A stretch of 64,000 nucleotides of DNA from Nitrospirota bacterium (lineage in GTDB: Bacteria; Nitrospirota; Nitrospiria; Nitrospirales; Nitrospiraceae). Where the stretch lies: NCBI GenBank assembly GCA_963701855.1, contig CAVPBK010000011.1, positions 192,001 through 256,000 of the forward strand, written 5' to 3'. Below the pieces are notes generated by a model. It ran no database searches and was not told the DNA's origin. It saw only the letters and a program-made list of their open reading frames with translations. This document shows, in pieces, positions 9,780 to 21,134 of this stretch; the stretch's first letter is position 1; each line of letters starts with the position of its first letter. Both the position numbers and the translations under genes were made by a program.

Positions 9780-10442
9780 TTACACGGCGGAAGGCGGGGT
9801 GGTTTCGGCGTCAATGGCGCTTAAGAACTTCTCCACATCGCCGGTCAGTAATAAGGGAAGGGCAGCCTCGATTTTGGACTCCGGCCAATCCCACCAGGCT
9901 AGATGGCAGAGACGTTGAATCGTAGCATCACTGAAGCGAAACCGGATGTGTCGCGCTGGGTTACCAGCCACTATTTCATAGGGGCTAACATTACTTGAAA
10001 CCACGCTGCACGCACCGATGACGGCACCATTTCCGATCGTGACCCCCGACAGGATGACGGCCCCATGCCCAATCCAAACATCATTGCCGATCGAGACGTT
10101 GCCCTTGCTGCGGGGATGACCAGAAAAGCCCTTGCCTTCTGGCCACAAAACGCTGAAGGGGTAAGTCGTTACCCAATCCACGCGGTGCTCACCCCCGAGA
10201 AAGATGAGAACGCCCTCCGCGATGGAGCAGAACTTTCCGATACGCAACGTCGAACCTTCCCCCCAATTTTTCACCGTCGGCTGACCATAGGTCCATTTTC
10301 CGATTTCAAACCCATCGTAAGCCGGATTATCTTCCATGTAGAATGACTCAGTCATGTCCGACGTTCCCCCAGGTTTCCTTGCGCTAAGTCGACCCAGTTT
10401 CCTGAAAATTTTTCTCAGCCGTGATTTCTGATATGGACCCAT
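9780..10442 (-). CDS. CatB/Vat-related hexapeptide O-acetyltransferase
   Basis: IGKFCSIA, GNVSIGNDVWIG, GVTIGNGAVIGA, AGNPARHIR, WWDW. Confidence 0.9.
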   Translation of the reverse strand: MGPYQKSRLRKIFRKLGRLSARKPGGTSDMTESFYMEDNPAYDGFEIGKWTYGQPTVKNWGEGSTLRIGKFCSIAEGVLIFLGGEHRVDWVTTYPFSVLWPEGKGFSGHPRSKGNVSIGNDVWIGHGAVILSGVTIGNGAVIGACSVVSSNVSPYEIVAGNPARHIRFRFSDATIQRLCHLAWWDWPESKIEAALPLLLTGDVEKFLSAIDAETTPPSAV

Positions 10443-10482
10443 TTCCTGTTCCCTCTTACGCTGCTGAGTGAGCGACGCGTCC

Positions 10483-10845
10483 TCAAACCAGGCATTTGCA
10501 AATCAGTACCACGTCGAACAGGGCAATCCGATGCCGGGCTTTAACGAGGCGATGAATACTCAGGCGGGAGCAGAACCTGCTCAGAAATCTCACTGGAAAC
10601 GCAGAAGAGTAAAAGATAGAGATATTGCTGTTAAATAACTCCATTTTAGGGGCAGCCGTATAGACTTTTAATTGTCGTTCGACGACCTTGTCTTGTGACA
10701 CAATTTCCACCGCGTGAGACCTATTTTGAAGCTGCTCCGCGATCAATTCTCCTTTTGCGCTGGCGCCAAGACTGAGATTGGTGATAATGGGATACCGCTT
10801 CAATAAAGCCGGCCCTTGATACGGTGCGATATACGCTATTCTCAT
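10483..10845 (-). pseudogene. Truncated glycosyltransferase (GT4-like N-terminal part)
   Basis: MRIAYIAPYQG... GT-B N-terminal strand/helix pattern ending at FDVVLIC; only 120 aa, no C-terminal domain. Confidence 0.5.
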
Positions 10846-10929
10846 GAATGATTTGGCGTGTGGTCAACTGCCGGTCGTGTTTTTCACGGATTGCTGAGGC
10901 GCTCGACATAGCTGCCTTGACGGAGAAGC

Positions 10930-12171
10930 TTACAAGCGTATCGACGAGGCCGTAGAGGGTTTGTCTGAAAATTGTTCACCTAGCAACTCCCTATATACGC
11001 TCCCAGTTGACTCAGAAATCACGTCCCACGAGTACCGTTCGAGCGCATACTTCCGTATCTCCTGCCGGCGGTTGTTCAAATCCTTATAGAGATCGCTCGA
11101 GAAATACGTTTCGATGGCCCTTGCCAGGTCAACTGAATCCTCCGGTCTGCAAACAAACCCCGTTCTCCCCTCGATGATCTCTTCTCTTAAAGCCCCCACG
11201 TCTGTTGCGACTACAGGGAGGCCGAAACTATACCCCAAAAACAGTACGCCACTTTGGTAGATGTGCCTATATGGTAATACGAACAGATCGGCCGCTTTAA
11301 AGTACACTTCCGTTTCATCATCTGGAATGTACTCGATCTTCAGGAGTATCTGTCCCCCATTCCTGTCATGCGTGATCATTTCTTGAATACCGTTCCAATA
11401 CGTCTCACAGTTTTTTAAGTTACCCGCGATGATCAACCGATAACTGCCATTTCTCGTCGCAACTTGCCGGAATGCATCGACCAGGTATTCGAGCCCTTTA
11501 TAGGGGGCGATGTTCCCAAAGAATAGGATTACTCGGTCCTTCTCAGCAATTCCGAGTCGTCGTCTTGCCTCGTCAGAGGTGAGGTTTGTATTGGGAACGG
11601 CGTTGTTGATCCCAAAGGGAATGACAGTGATTGCTGAAGCAGAAATACCGAATTCTTCTATGAGTTCGCACTTCATCTTCTTCGTATGAACAAAGAGATG
11701 GTCCGCCAGTCGATATTGGATTTTCAACGTAAGCCGATTCAGCAGGGTATCGTTCAAGTCCCTCTTTTTCGCATTCACGTTGTGGACGGTAAGGACGATC
11801 TTTTTCCTCAGGAGTTTGTAGTAGAGCATAAGGAGAACTCGATCGAACACCTCAAACTTATTGTTCCACAGAATGTGAAAAATCTTTGGCCTTGCCGTCG
11901 TCGCGTAGCGTATAAGCCTGACATAGTACCTCAAGACTCTTGAAACCTTGGTTGCCCGACTAGCGTCTGGCCTCTGATCCCCCCGGAGATTAAGAAAGTT
12001 TACTTGGGATGTACCATGCCATTCAGGGCTATCCAGCTCATCCCCACCAATGAGATCCAGGCAGAGGCTTTTTGAAAGGAGCGCGGTGGCCAGTCCGAAC
12101 GCGTATGGCCGGTCCCCACCACCGGTGAGCAGGGCAACTTCCACCTCAGACTTCACATTCATTTCCCACAA
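10930..12171 (-). CDS. Glycosyltransferase family 4
   Basis: LFFGNIAPYKG, ADLFVLPY, GLPVVATDVG. Confidence 0.9.
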   Translation of the reverse strand: MWEMNVKSEVEVALLTGGGDRPYAFGLATALLSKSLCLDLIGGDELDSPEWHGTSQVNFLNLRGDQRPDASRATKVSRVLRYYVRLIRYATTARPKIFHILWNNKFEVFDRVLLMLYYKLLRKKIVLTVHNVNAKKRDLNDTLLNRLTLKIQYRLADHLFVHTKKMKCELIEEFGISASAITVIPFGINNAVPNTNLTSDEARRRLGIAEKDRVILFFGNIAPYKGLEYLVDAFRQVATRNGSYRLIIAGNLKNCETYWNGIQEMITHDRNGGQILLKIEYIPDDETEVYFKAADLFVLPYRHIYQSGVLFLGYSFGLPVVATDVGALREEIIEGRTGFVCRPEDSVDLARAIETYFSSDLYKDLNNRRQEIRKYALERYSWDVISESTGSVYRELLGEQFSDKPSTASSIRL

Positions 12172-12174
12172 CTC

Positions 12175-13383
12175 TCAATCTGCTGTCCCATACGCCGTGA
12201 GTGGTGACATAGGCGGAATGGCAGCCCACTGACGTTCGACAGCCGCTTCCACCATGTCGGTCGTGATCAATTCCATACAATTCGGCACGAAGTCACACGT
12301 CGCTTTATAACAGGAGAGACACTCCATATGGGGGACAACTTTTTCTCCAAGGCCGTACAGCTCAATCTCAGCAGCGCTGGTCGGGCCGAACAAGACAATT
12401 GTCCGACGGCGTAACGCCAGCGATAGATGCATCGCCAGCGTATCACCCGTGATCACCAGGCTGCATGCCCCGACAAGAGAAGCAAAGTGACGGACAGAAT
12501 TATCGCATCCGGCATCGATCAAGGGTACGCTCGATCGAGATGCCAGTCGTTTGTGCCGCTCGCGTTCCTCCGGTCCGCCAAGAAGCACGAACTGTGCTGG
12601 TCGTTTTTTCGCCACACGTTCGACCAACTCGAGATACCCCTCTTCGCGCCATTGCTTCAGCTCCCAGCGACGCCCTGCCCCGGTATTGAGACCAACGATC
12701 GGAAGGGAAAAGTCGACACCGAGCTTCTTTAGATGTGCCCGACCTCGCTCTCGTTCTTCATCAGTCAAGTGAAGGACGTATCGATGAGGATGCCCTGACA
12801 AACCAATGATATCCGCCATCATGTCCTGGTAGCTTTTTGTGCCTTGGCGCTTGAGGTCATCGAACACGCCCATCTCCAGCCACCTCCTGGCGGCGGCGTT
12901 GGTCGGCTGGACATAGCCTCTGGCGTCTAGAATGAAACCGTCCTTCCTTGCTGCATTTGCCGCACTGGCAAGCGCCGCGCTGGTCTTCCCTGCATCAAGA
13001 TTGATCACGCGATCGAAGGCTCGCACCCGCAGTTGAAGCAATGCATCCTCACCGTAATCGAGAATCTCGCTAATATACGGATTCCCCTCCAGCAATGGAC
13101 GGGCCTCGCGTCTGGTGATCCAGATGATCGATGCTCGAGGATGCGCCTCAGCCAACGCAGGAAGCAGCGCAGTGGTGCGCAACACATCGCCTATGGCGTC
13201 GAGCTTGATGATCAAGAGGCGTTCTTCGACCCGTTGGTAATGGTCACAGGGGCAGAGAACGCCCGTGGACTTATGCCATATGCAAGGCCGATCTCCTACA
13301 AAGAATCGACAGTCGAAGGCGATCTCACGTGTCGCGCCGTCTTGGCTCCCGGCTGGGTTATGAGCTGGTTCATTCTCTGCCAT
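12175..13383 (-). CDS. Glycosyltransferase family 9 (heptosyltransferase-like)
   Basis: IKLDAIGDVL, LNTGAG..W..KQW, ITGDTLAMHLS, LFGPT, CLSC..C..C tail. Confidence 0.9.
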   Translation of the reverse strand: MAENEPAHNPAGSQDGATREIAFDCRFFVGDRPCIWHKSTGVLCPCDHYQRVEERLLIIKLDAIGDVLRTTALLPALAEAHPRASIIWITRREARPLLEGNPYISEILDYGEDALLQLRVRAFDRVINLDAGKTSAALASAANAARKDGFILDARGYVQPTNAAARRWLEMGVFDDLKRQGTKSYQDMMADIIGLSGHPHRYVLHLTDEERERGRAHLKKLGVDFSLPIVGLNTGAGRRWELKQWREEGYLELVERVAKKRPAQFVLLGGPEERERHKRLASRSSVPLIDAGCDNSVRHFASLVGACSLVITGDTLAMHLSLALRRRTIVLFGPTSAAEIELYGLGEKVVPHMECLSCYKATCDFVPNCMELITTDMVEAAVERQWAAIPPMSPLTAYGTAD

Positions 13384-13489
13384 GAATCGCCTTACCCTTT
13401 TCTCTTTAGAAATACGCTAGTCGACCATTGCCTACGCACCCGGATGGTAGAGGAGGACATTCTCCGTAATGGTATGGATGCCTCAGCAC

Positions 13490-14336
13490 TTACCCTCGAT
13501 TCAATGAAAGACCAGCGTTTTTCCAAAACACTTCAAGGCTCGGCTCGGAGCAAGAGCCGAACACTTCTCTGAACTCATTTAATGTTACCCATTTGTCCAA
13601 TATTAGCCCTCGCCCACAGTCGACTACATAGTTAAACTTCCCATCAGCCGCAATGTTCCCCAGCAACTCGATGCACTCCAGCCCCTCCTGTTTAAATTCT
13701 GGCAAATTTACCTCAAACGAAAGATATGGGACAGGCCTCTTTAGGCCTCGCAATACGTGGGGCTCATGCCCCTCCACATCGATTTTTACAAAAAAAGGGC
13801 GCCCATATGTTACGAATAGCTCCTCCAATGAAATCGCCTCGACCTCTTTGTGTTGAGCAAAGTTCAGACGATGACCAAACCGCACCTCATCACGTCTCAA
13901 TGTATCTACCCACTTCTTGCTCAGTGTGTTTTTTGCAGATCCCGGCTCATCAATCCACAGCTTATGAACGGCGCACTTGTCGCTTACCGCTTTCCCCACA
14001 ACAATCACCGGCTTTTTAACCCATCTGTACCTCAAGAACTTATCCCTTAACGCCTCTTGATTCATCTCATCGGGATCAACTGCCAAGACTTTTGCGCCGA
14101 CTCGAAGAAATATATCCGTCTTCTGGCCATAATTTGCCCCAATATCGAAAATCAAGTCCCCGTCCTGAAACCCTTCTAACAGATCGCGGTAGAAGCTTTA
14201 CCTCTCTAGACCTTCCCTCAATCATCCTCTTATCGGCAAATCTCCAATAGAGGTCGTAAAGACATGACGCCTTCAGTCGATTATAGAGGCCGACTCGCTT
14301 AAGTAACGATTGGACAGACCGCTTAATCATTTGCAA
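13490..14336 (-). CDS. FkbM-family methyltransferase; frameshift near 14197
   Basis: IFDIGANYG and VKIDVEGHE motifs. ORF 14076..14336 joins after removing one A in GTAAAGC (REVSFYRDLLEGFQDGDLIFDIG). Confidence 0.85.
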
Positions 14337-14475
14337 GGTATGCCTTCGCTGGTGGCCAGAGTTTTCCGGTTCTTTGAATCACACAACGGAGCTTCCTATG
14401 ACTGCGTTGTTCGAATTAGATTAGTGACAGCCTCCCCGCTGCAGGCGGCTGGCGAGCAGCTTGGGCAGGAGAAAT

Positions 14476-15934
14476 TCAGCGGGGATTATCCGTTAACTTA
14501 ACCGCGACTCCCGGGGGTCTCCCATGAGAGTGTTGTACCCCAACCCCAGCCCACGAAAGTGGAGTCTTCTCATGATCTGGACCTCCGCCGACTGGTAGTC
14601 GGGCAGTGCGGTTTGCAAGTACCATAGCCCCGGTTATCGCCAAAAGAAGGAACATCCACACAGGAGTCATCATCCTGAAGAATGCTGCCTCGGTACAGTT
14701 GTAGACCACCCCAACCGAGAAATACGCCAGCATGAGGCTACCTATCTGGGGACTGCGGCGGAACGCAGCGATGACTCTCCGATACCCCGTCGCCATGACG
14801 ACGGCGAGCAAAGCCACTCCCGCCCACCCTAGGTTCAAGTAGACCTCAAGATAGCCATTATGAGACGAAAGCGGCTTCCACGTGTACACACTCCAGATCT
14901 TCTTGAGTCGCGATCCAAGCCAGAAACTTTCGTAACCGGTTCCGACAAGGGAGTTCCCGCTCACGGAGATGAGCAAAGCCCAGACCTCAGTCCGATCAGT
15001 AAGTGTGGGATCCCTTCCTATTGTTTCCAGAGCATCGGGGCTGACGTTGAAGAACAGGACAGAAGTAGTTACAGATACAATCGCCGCTATGATCACGTGC
15101 ACCACTACCGGATTTTTGACAACAACACGAAGGTTCCCCGCCAAGAGTATGGCGCTACCTATTATGAAGCATGACAGCGAGGTCATCGAATTGGCTAGCC
15201 AGAACAGCCACAGCACCATCATCAGAATGACACCATGAGCCAATAGCCGCCTGGTGCGGGCGGTGCCCTTCCTGTCCTGGTAGGCCATGAGTAAGCGCCA
15301 CACAGTTGCCAGCCCGCACAACAGGCAAATCATCCCAAGACCGTTCTTGTTGAGTGAGACGCCTGTATAGAACGTCTTGTACGTCCACCGATGGATTCCC
15401 CTCCCAATGTCGGGGTAAAATTTGATGAACAATACGGAAAGGGGGACAAGGAGATACGTCGTCCGAGCGAGGAGCCGCTCGAACGCTGCGGACGGTTCAC
15501 GATCGCTCAAGACCACCAGGACCATAACGAGGTCGCCCAAAGCCTTAATCCAACGCTTGAACGCCACCTCGGGGTAGTCCGACCAGAGGATGCTCACGGC
15601 GCAGTAGAGGAAGAATAAAATGATTAGCCCATTCGCCTGCAAAAGCTTCACAACCTGCCTGCTTCTCTTGACAAGCACGATTAACCCTAGGGCCAACAAC
15701 CCACTGTACACCAGGAGATCGATCGGACTCCCTTCCACCATCCGATCGGCCGTCAGCTGATCCATCGGCGTCCCCATCTGCAGCCATTGGCCCACCGATC
15801 GTGAACAAGCAAGAAACCACCAGACCACAGCGATCCAAAGAGCTCCTGAGGGACGAGAGTTCTGGTCTCCGGTCGAGCCAGAAAATCCCCAGAATCAAAA
15901 GCGCAAAAACGCCACTGGCAACTGCAGGAGGCAT
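14476..15934 (-). CDS. wzy: Wzy polymerase / O-antigen ligase family; frameshift near 15850
   Basis: Multi-TM; NKNGLG, SMTS, RDPTLTDRT, GTGYESFW, HNGYLEVYLNLG. 5' part is in ORF 15545..15934. Confidence 0.8.
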
Positions 15935-16085
15935 TTATCGTCTCTCCAGGGATTGAAGTGGCATTCGTTCACTCAAAATCGCTAAGGTTATGAAGGCAAG
16001 CTAGACGCATGGCATTACCCATAAGCAAGGGCATGAAATCGAGAGAAGATGACTGGCTGTACTATTGAATTGGCAGCGACTCTGC

Positions 16086-17511
16086 CTAAAACTGAAAATA
16101 AATAAAGGGTGCGGAATCCGTTACCCCCAGGCAAACGATCAGGAGCACTAGAGCCGCATAGAACATGATGCGCTCCGGGATCAGGCGCTGAGGAATTTCC
16201 TGTGCCCAGTTACGATCCTTCTGTATAAACAGGTGGGTTAGAAACACCGCGGCCACTGCGGGCAGTATGTAAGGCGAAACAAATCGAGTGCCGTCGTGGC
16301 TCCACACCATGAGCCTGCTAAGGTATTCGATGGCAGCCGGCCAGGATTCTGCTCGGAAGAAAAGCCATCCTATAAGCACTACACCGAGCGTCAAAAGACG
16401 CGAGAACAGAGCCCAAAAAAACTGGAAAGTTGGACGATTCTCCAGTGAAGACAGCGGAGCCCATGCCACCCATACTCTGTGAATTGCCAGAGAGACGCCG
16501 TGAAGTCCTCCCCAGAACACAAAATTCCAACTGGCGCCGTGCCACAACCCACATAGCAGCATGGTGACCAGACAGATTCGACATAGGTTCGTCCGATACC
16601 CTTGCGATTTCCTCCCAGCGGAATGTAAAGGTAGTCACGAAACCAGGTGGAAAGTGAGATGTGCCACCGCCGCCAGAATTCGGTGATATTCACGGCGCTG
16701 TAAGGCATCTGGAAGTTTTCCATAAACCGGAATCCCATCATGCGGGCAGCGCCAATCGCCATATCGGAGTAGCCGGAAAAATCACAGTAAATCTGTAATG
16801 CGTACCCAGCAGCCCTTGGAGCAATGTGAATCCGTCGTAGTTACCAGGCGCTTTAAAGATGAGATCAACATGCGGTGCGATTCGGTCTGAAATCACGAGT
16901 TTCTTGACCGCCCCCACACCGAACTGCGCAAGACCGATTTCAAAATCAAGCGCAATGACGCATAGGTGCTCCTTAAATTGCGGCAGTAAGTTGTTGGCTC
17001 GATTGATTGGGCCCGCCAGGAGCTGTGGGAAGAAGGCCACAAACAGCATGAAGTCCCGCAGGCTATGAACAGGCTGGACGTTTCGACGGTAGGTCTCAAT
17101 CGTGTACGTCATGCTTTGAAACGTAAAAAATGAAATACCTAAAGGCAAAATGATGTCATATTGCCAGCGAGCTACCTGGAATCCCAGTACGGTAAGGCCC
17201 GACCAGAGATTATCGAGCAAGAAATTCGTATATTTAAAGTAAGCCAGCACCCCGAGGTTGACCACAATGCTCACTACCAGAAGTAGTTTGCGTTTTCGCT
17301 GGTCCTCGATCCGTCCCAACCACACACCAACGGAATAATCAACGAGCGACGTAAACAGAATTAGGAAAGCACAGGGGATGCTCCAGCTCATGTAGAACAC
17401 GTAACTTGCGACTAGCAGAAACCATTTCTCCGCGGTGAAGTTACGTATACAACTCCGAACAAGTAGGACCCCCAAAAAAAAGACAACAAACTCGAACGAG
17501 GTGAAATTCAT
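16086..17511 (-). CDS. MBOAT O-acyltransferase (AlgI/DltB-like); split into three ORFs
   Basis: [21 protein letters not shown], (Y)[43 protein letters not shown]. Confidence 0.9.
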
Positions 17512-18509
17512 GGCAGAGTTATAAATTCTCTTAATCGGTCTAGGAGAGCGTCTGTTGCGATGTTCTGGCCGTAGGAGTTCATATGCACCAGGTCCTGGAA
17601 GTACTGGTTTGAGCTTAACCCATTCAACTGGTCCAGACGGACCCAGTGCACCTTCTCGACGCTGTGCCGTACCTCAGCCACATCTTCCTCAAAGCGCTGC
17701 TGCACCTCCGCGGTTAGGAATTCCTTGGCGTAGGCAGACGAGACCGGGAGCACCACCACGACCACGCTGCCTTGTTCCTGTGCTCGATGCAACATTCGTA
17801 GGAACGCCAATCTCTTAGGCCCGTTGAATACATGTCTCCCCTGACAGGCAATGCGCATTGCCACAAGTCGTCGCAACATCATGCCCTGAGACCAATCGGT
17901 GATTTTTTCCTTCTTGAAGTCATCGAATGACAGTGTCGGAGTTTCCTCGCTCTCCATAGGCCCCAATGGCATTACATATGTTGCGGCCTTCTCACGGAGC
18001 CCGCGAATGACGCCGGGCGAACGGCCGGCCGTCGGAAAGAGCGTCCTAACATAAGTCAGCGGGTACATACTTAGTACGCGCTTATGAAAGGTCCAATCGA
18101 GGTGGGTTTGCCAAAGATCTTCGATGGTTTGTGTCAAAGGCACCACGTGGGCGCGATAGTCTGATAAAAAGTATTCGTTGAGGTCATACAGCGACACTAC
18201 TAGGATCGTCAGCTTAGTATGGGATTCTAGATATTGAAAGCGTTCCCACTCCGGTGGTGACGACCCTGCGAGCCCCCACCCTTCAATTCTATGATTGAGC
18301 CTGCTGGCAATTAGTTGCCACGAGAGCCCGTCCCGCGCGAGAGAAGACCCGGCCATAAACACGGAAGCCTTGCCTTCACCTGGTCCGATCACCCAATAAC
18401 CGCCGGGAGCCGTCTCGATCCTCAACCATGAGGTTATGCCGTGACTTATAACTGCGGTAATCAATCCAACAGCGCATAGGATTGTTAGTAATTCAACCCT
18501 TCGGCTCAT
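17508..18509 (-). CDS. SGNH-like acyltransferase partner (AlgJ/DltD-like)
   Basis: N-terminal TM anchor, GSS block I, DLVH (DxxH) block V; overlaps the MBOAT start. Confidence 0.65.
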   Translation of the reverse strand: MSRRVELLTILCAVGLITAVISHGITSWLRIETAPGGYWVIGPGEGKASVFMAGSSLARDGLSWQLIASRLNHRIEGWGLAGSSPPEWERFQYLESHTKLTILVVSLYDLNEYFLSDYRAHVVPLTQTIEDLWQTHLDWTFHKRVLSMYPLTYVRTLFPTAGRSPGVIRGLREKAATYVMPLGPMESEETPTLSFDDFKKEKITDWSQGMMLRRLVAMRIACQGRHVFNGPKRLAFLRMLHRAQEQGSVVVVVLPVSSAYAKEFLTAEVQQRFEEDVAEVRHSVEKVHWVRLDQLNGLSSNQYFQDLVHMNSYGQNIATDALLDRLREFITLP

Positions 18510-18912
18510 AATCTCAATCCTCTTCCAGTCATAGTTCGAAGTACTCCTGACATGGGCTTACACAACGTGGGTGTTCGCCCTCATCTCGGCTCAAGGAACC
18601 TCAGACTGCAGCGTCATCTAGCAGTGGCTGGCGGTGTAGTGGTTGATCTGCTGCAGGGATAAATAAGAGACGCAGTCGTGGGTCTCGCCCATCCGGTTTC
18701 CCTTTATCGCCAGCATCTGGCCAAATAATTCCATTGGCAACTCCCTGAGGCATTTATCATTCCTCCGGGAGCATAACCGAGAGGAAGCTCTGAATCATTT
18801 CTGCTCCAGGCAGGCTTCTAGGATAAGCACGTTGTGGATTGTCATCGTCTAATGACCATGATCGCGTGGGCTCAGACCGATGAGACCGCCGGCACCTGGC
18901 AGGCCGCTATTT

Positions 18913-19809
18913 CTACGACTGTGCTGTAAGGGATTTGAGCTTGCGGTTATACCACGCGTTCCGGAGTTCGCGGAACCTGGTCAGTAAAGGTTCTGGAACA
19001 TAATCGAAAAAACTGTGGTGCAGGCCGAGGCGAAATGCCACGGCGCCGATGCGAGTCAACGGCACGTAGTATCGAGGCAAATCAATTCGCTGAAACCCGT
19101 TGTTTTCCTTAAAATCGCTGAGGCTGTCCCGCTGCTTTGCCCCATATGCGAACTTTGAGTACACAATATAGGGGATGCCGCGTTTCGTACAGCTTTGCAC
19201 TGCCTGGGCAATGAGCGCATTCATGGGAGCCTTGTCCCTATGCTGGACCATCGCAATAATGTGCATCACTGCGGCCTGCGATCGAGCGTCATCGCATGTT
19301 AACTTTAGGAAGCCTATGAGTTTTTCGCCGAGAAAGGCCCCGAGAAAGAGGCTGGTTTCCGGGAACGTGGCGCTGATTTGATGTACGGTCTCAACATCTT
19401 TGCCATAGTGAAAAAATGGCCTTCCCTGTCGGACAGGACACTCGTTGTAGATTTCCCAAATCCCACTTACGAGCGCGTCATCGAAGGGTACCTCGCGAAC
19501 CACTACGCCCTTCTTCTCGGCGCGTCGAACCATGTTCCGGGTCTTTCCGTCGATCTGCTGGGTCCACCAGTGTTCGAATGTCGACACGGGCAAGGCGGCC
19601 ACGTTGTCCCACTCCATCGGATAGCTGTATTCTGGCGACGTGGGGGGCAACTTCTGCATGAAGGTGAAGAGGTCTATCCCAATCCCCGCCTCCCGTAGGT
19701 ACTTGATCGCAGCGTCTGGATTCTCCAAGAACTCGAACCGGTCGTGTGCGAGGCGAGCAATCCGGACTAACCGGCCCTGCACGATGATTTCCTTACCGCA
19801 AACGTTCAT
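18913..19809 (-). CDS. GNAT/FemAB-like acyltransferase-fold protein
   Basis: KTRNMVRRAEKKGVVVRE, FLGAFLGEKLIG, FKENNGF pattern. Confidence 0.65.
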   Translation of the reverse strand: MNVCGKEIIVQGRLVRIARLAHDRFEFLENPDAAIKYLREAGIGIDLFTFMQKLPPTSPEYSYPMEWDNVAALPVSTFEHWWTQQIDGKTRNMVRRAEKKGVVVREVPFDDALVSGIWEIYNECPVRQGRPFFHYGKDVETVHQISATFPETSLFLGAFLGEKLIGFLKLTCDDARSQAAVMHIIAMVQHRDKAPMNALIAQAVQSCTKRGIPYIVYSKFAYGAKQRDSLSDFKENNGFQRIDLPRYYVPLTRIGAVAFRLGLHHSFFDYVPEPLLTRFRELRNAWYNRKLKSLTAQS

Positions 19810-19982
19810 AAACTATTCCTCTCCGAGGAGCGCCCGCCCCATGGCACAGCCGCGAGGAGCGCAATTCAGACACCCTTGTCAGCGTTCAATACGATTAATC
19901 CACAATCTGTTGGGGAGGGGGAAGAAGTGCATGTGGAACCAAGGAATGCGCTTGAGTCAGCGCAGCACCCTGTGAAACTGGC

Positions 19983-21134
19983 CTAGTTTTGGGGATGAGT
20001 CTGCACCGATATCGTGTCTTGCATCTGACATTCGTACGTAGACAGTAATTGTCTGGCATTGAGTTGATCAAAAATATTATCCATTATTTTGGCGGTCAAC
20101 AGAATTTCCCGGTATGGTATCGGTACCGGCCTGTCATGAACGATTGATTTATAGAACGACTCGATTAAGTACTTCATGCCGGATTTCATGTGGAAGTCAT
20201 GTGTTACGAAGGCTCTCATATTCGTAGTCAGGTTCCCGAGAAACTGTGATGCGAATATCACGGGGGGAATGAAATTCTCGGCGTAGCTCTTGAATCTCCC
20301 GCCACGAAGCTTGATTAAGGTCTCTTGATCCTGATCCAGAATGAACCCGTTCTTCGGCCCAAATACACGAAGCTGATGGATCGAAGGACGCATTTGTGAG
20401 GAGAATGTGAAATAGGCAGTAGTCCGCTCTTCTTCACTTATGATGACCCGTAATTCATCAATGATCTCTGTTTCGCCCATCCTCTTGAGCAGCGGACTCA
20501 CAAAGCCGTGCGCAATCACGTGCGGTGAATCGGCGGTCAAAAACTCAGCAATCTTGGCGATGCCGTGACTAATGATGTTGTGCAGCAGCTTACCAGGCAA
20601 GCGACGCACCCAATGTTGTTTATCGCTCAGAAGCGCCCGTACATAGCCATCGTCGCCAAGTTCGTAACAGTAGTAGCTCTCCATATGGACCGGCACTCCG
20701 CCTAAGTAACCACTTTGCACAAGTTCACGCATGCGTCTTGCCACAGGGTTGAACTGAGCATCATGCCCCACAGTCAGTTTGAGCTTCTTTTCATCAGCAA
20801 GAGCGATCAGACGTTGCGCATCCGCATAGTTGAGCGTGAAGGGTTTCTCCACATAGACATGACAGCCACGATCGAGACAGAAGCCGGCAATCTTGTAATG
20901 GCTTTCTGGCGGCGTGGTGATGTGAACCACATCTGGCCTGGCCTCATCCAGCAGTATCGCCAAATCTGTACACTGTTTCTTGACCTGGAATCTCTCAGCG
21001 AGTTGCTTGGCCATGAGCGGCTCAGTATCGCACACCCCCACAATCTCGCAGCCGCTGATTCTCTGGATCCGTGAGGCATGCTCATCGGCAATCTTGCCAC
21101 ACCCCACAATGGCGACTTTAAGCATTTCAGCCAT
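19983..21134 (-). CDS. Gfo/Idh/MocA oxidoreductase
   Basis: VAIVGCGKIA, HITTPPESH, HVYVEKP. Confidence 0.9.
   Translation of the reverse strand: MAEMLKVAIVGCGKIADEHASRIQRISGCEIVGVCDTEPLMAKQLAERFQVKKQCTDLAILLDEARPDVVHITTPPESHYKIAGFCLDRGCHVYVEKPFTLNYADAQRLIALADEKKLKLTVGHDAQFNPVARRMRELVQSGYLGGVPVHMESYYCYELGDDGYVRALLSDKQHWVRRLPGKLLHNIISHGIAKIAEFLTADSPHVIAHGFVSPLLKRMGETEIIDELRVIISEEERTTAYFTFSSQMRPSIHQLRVFGPKNGFILDQDQETLIKLRGGRFKSYAENFIPPVIFASQFLGNLTTNMRAFVTHDFHMKSGMKYLIESFYKSIVHDRPVPIPYREILLTAKIMDNIFDQLNARQLLSTYECQMQDTISVQTHPQN

Noticed and set aside
9780..10442. Chloramphenicol/streptogramin resistance gene
   Set aside because: The hexapeptide fold is shared, but its position among glycosyltransferases indicates polysaccharide O-acetylation.
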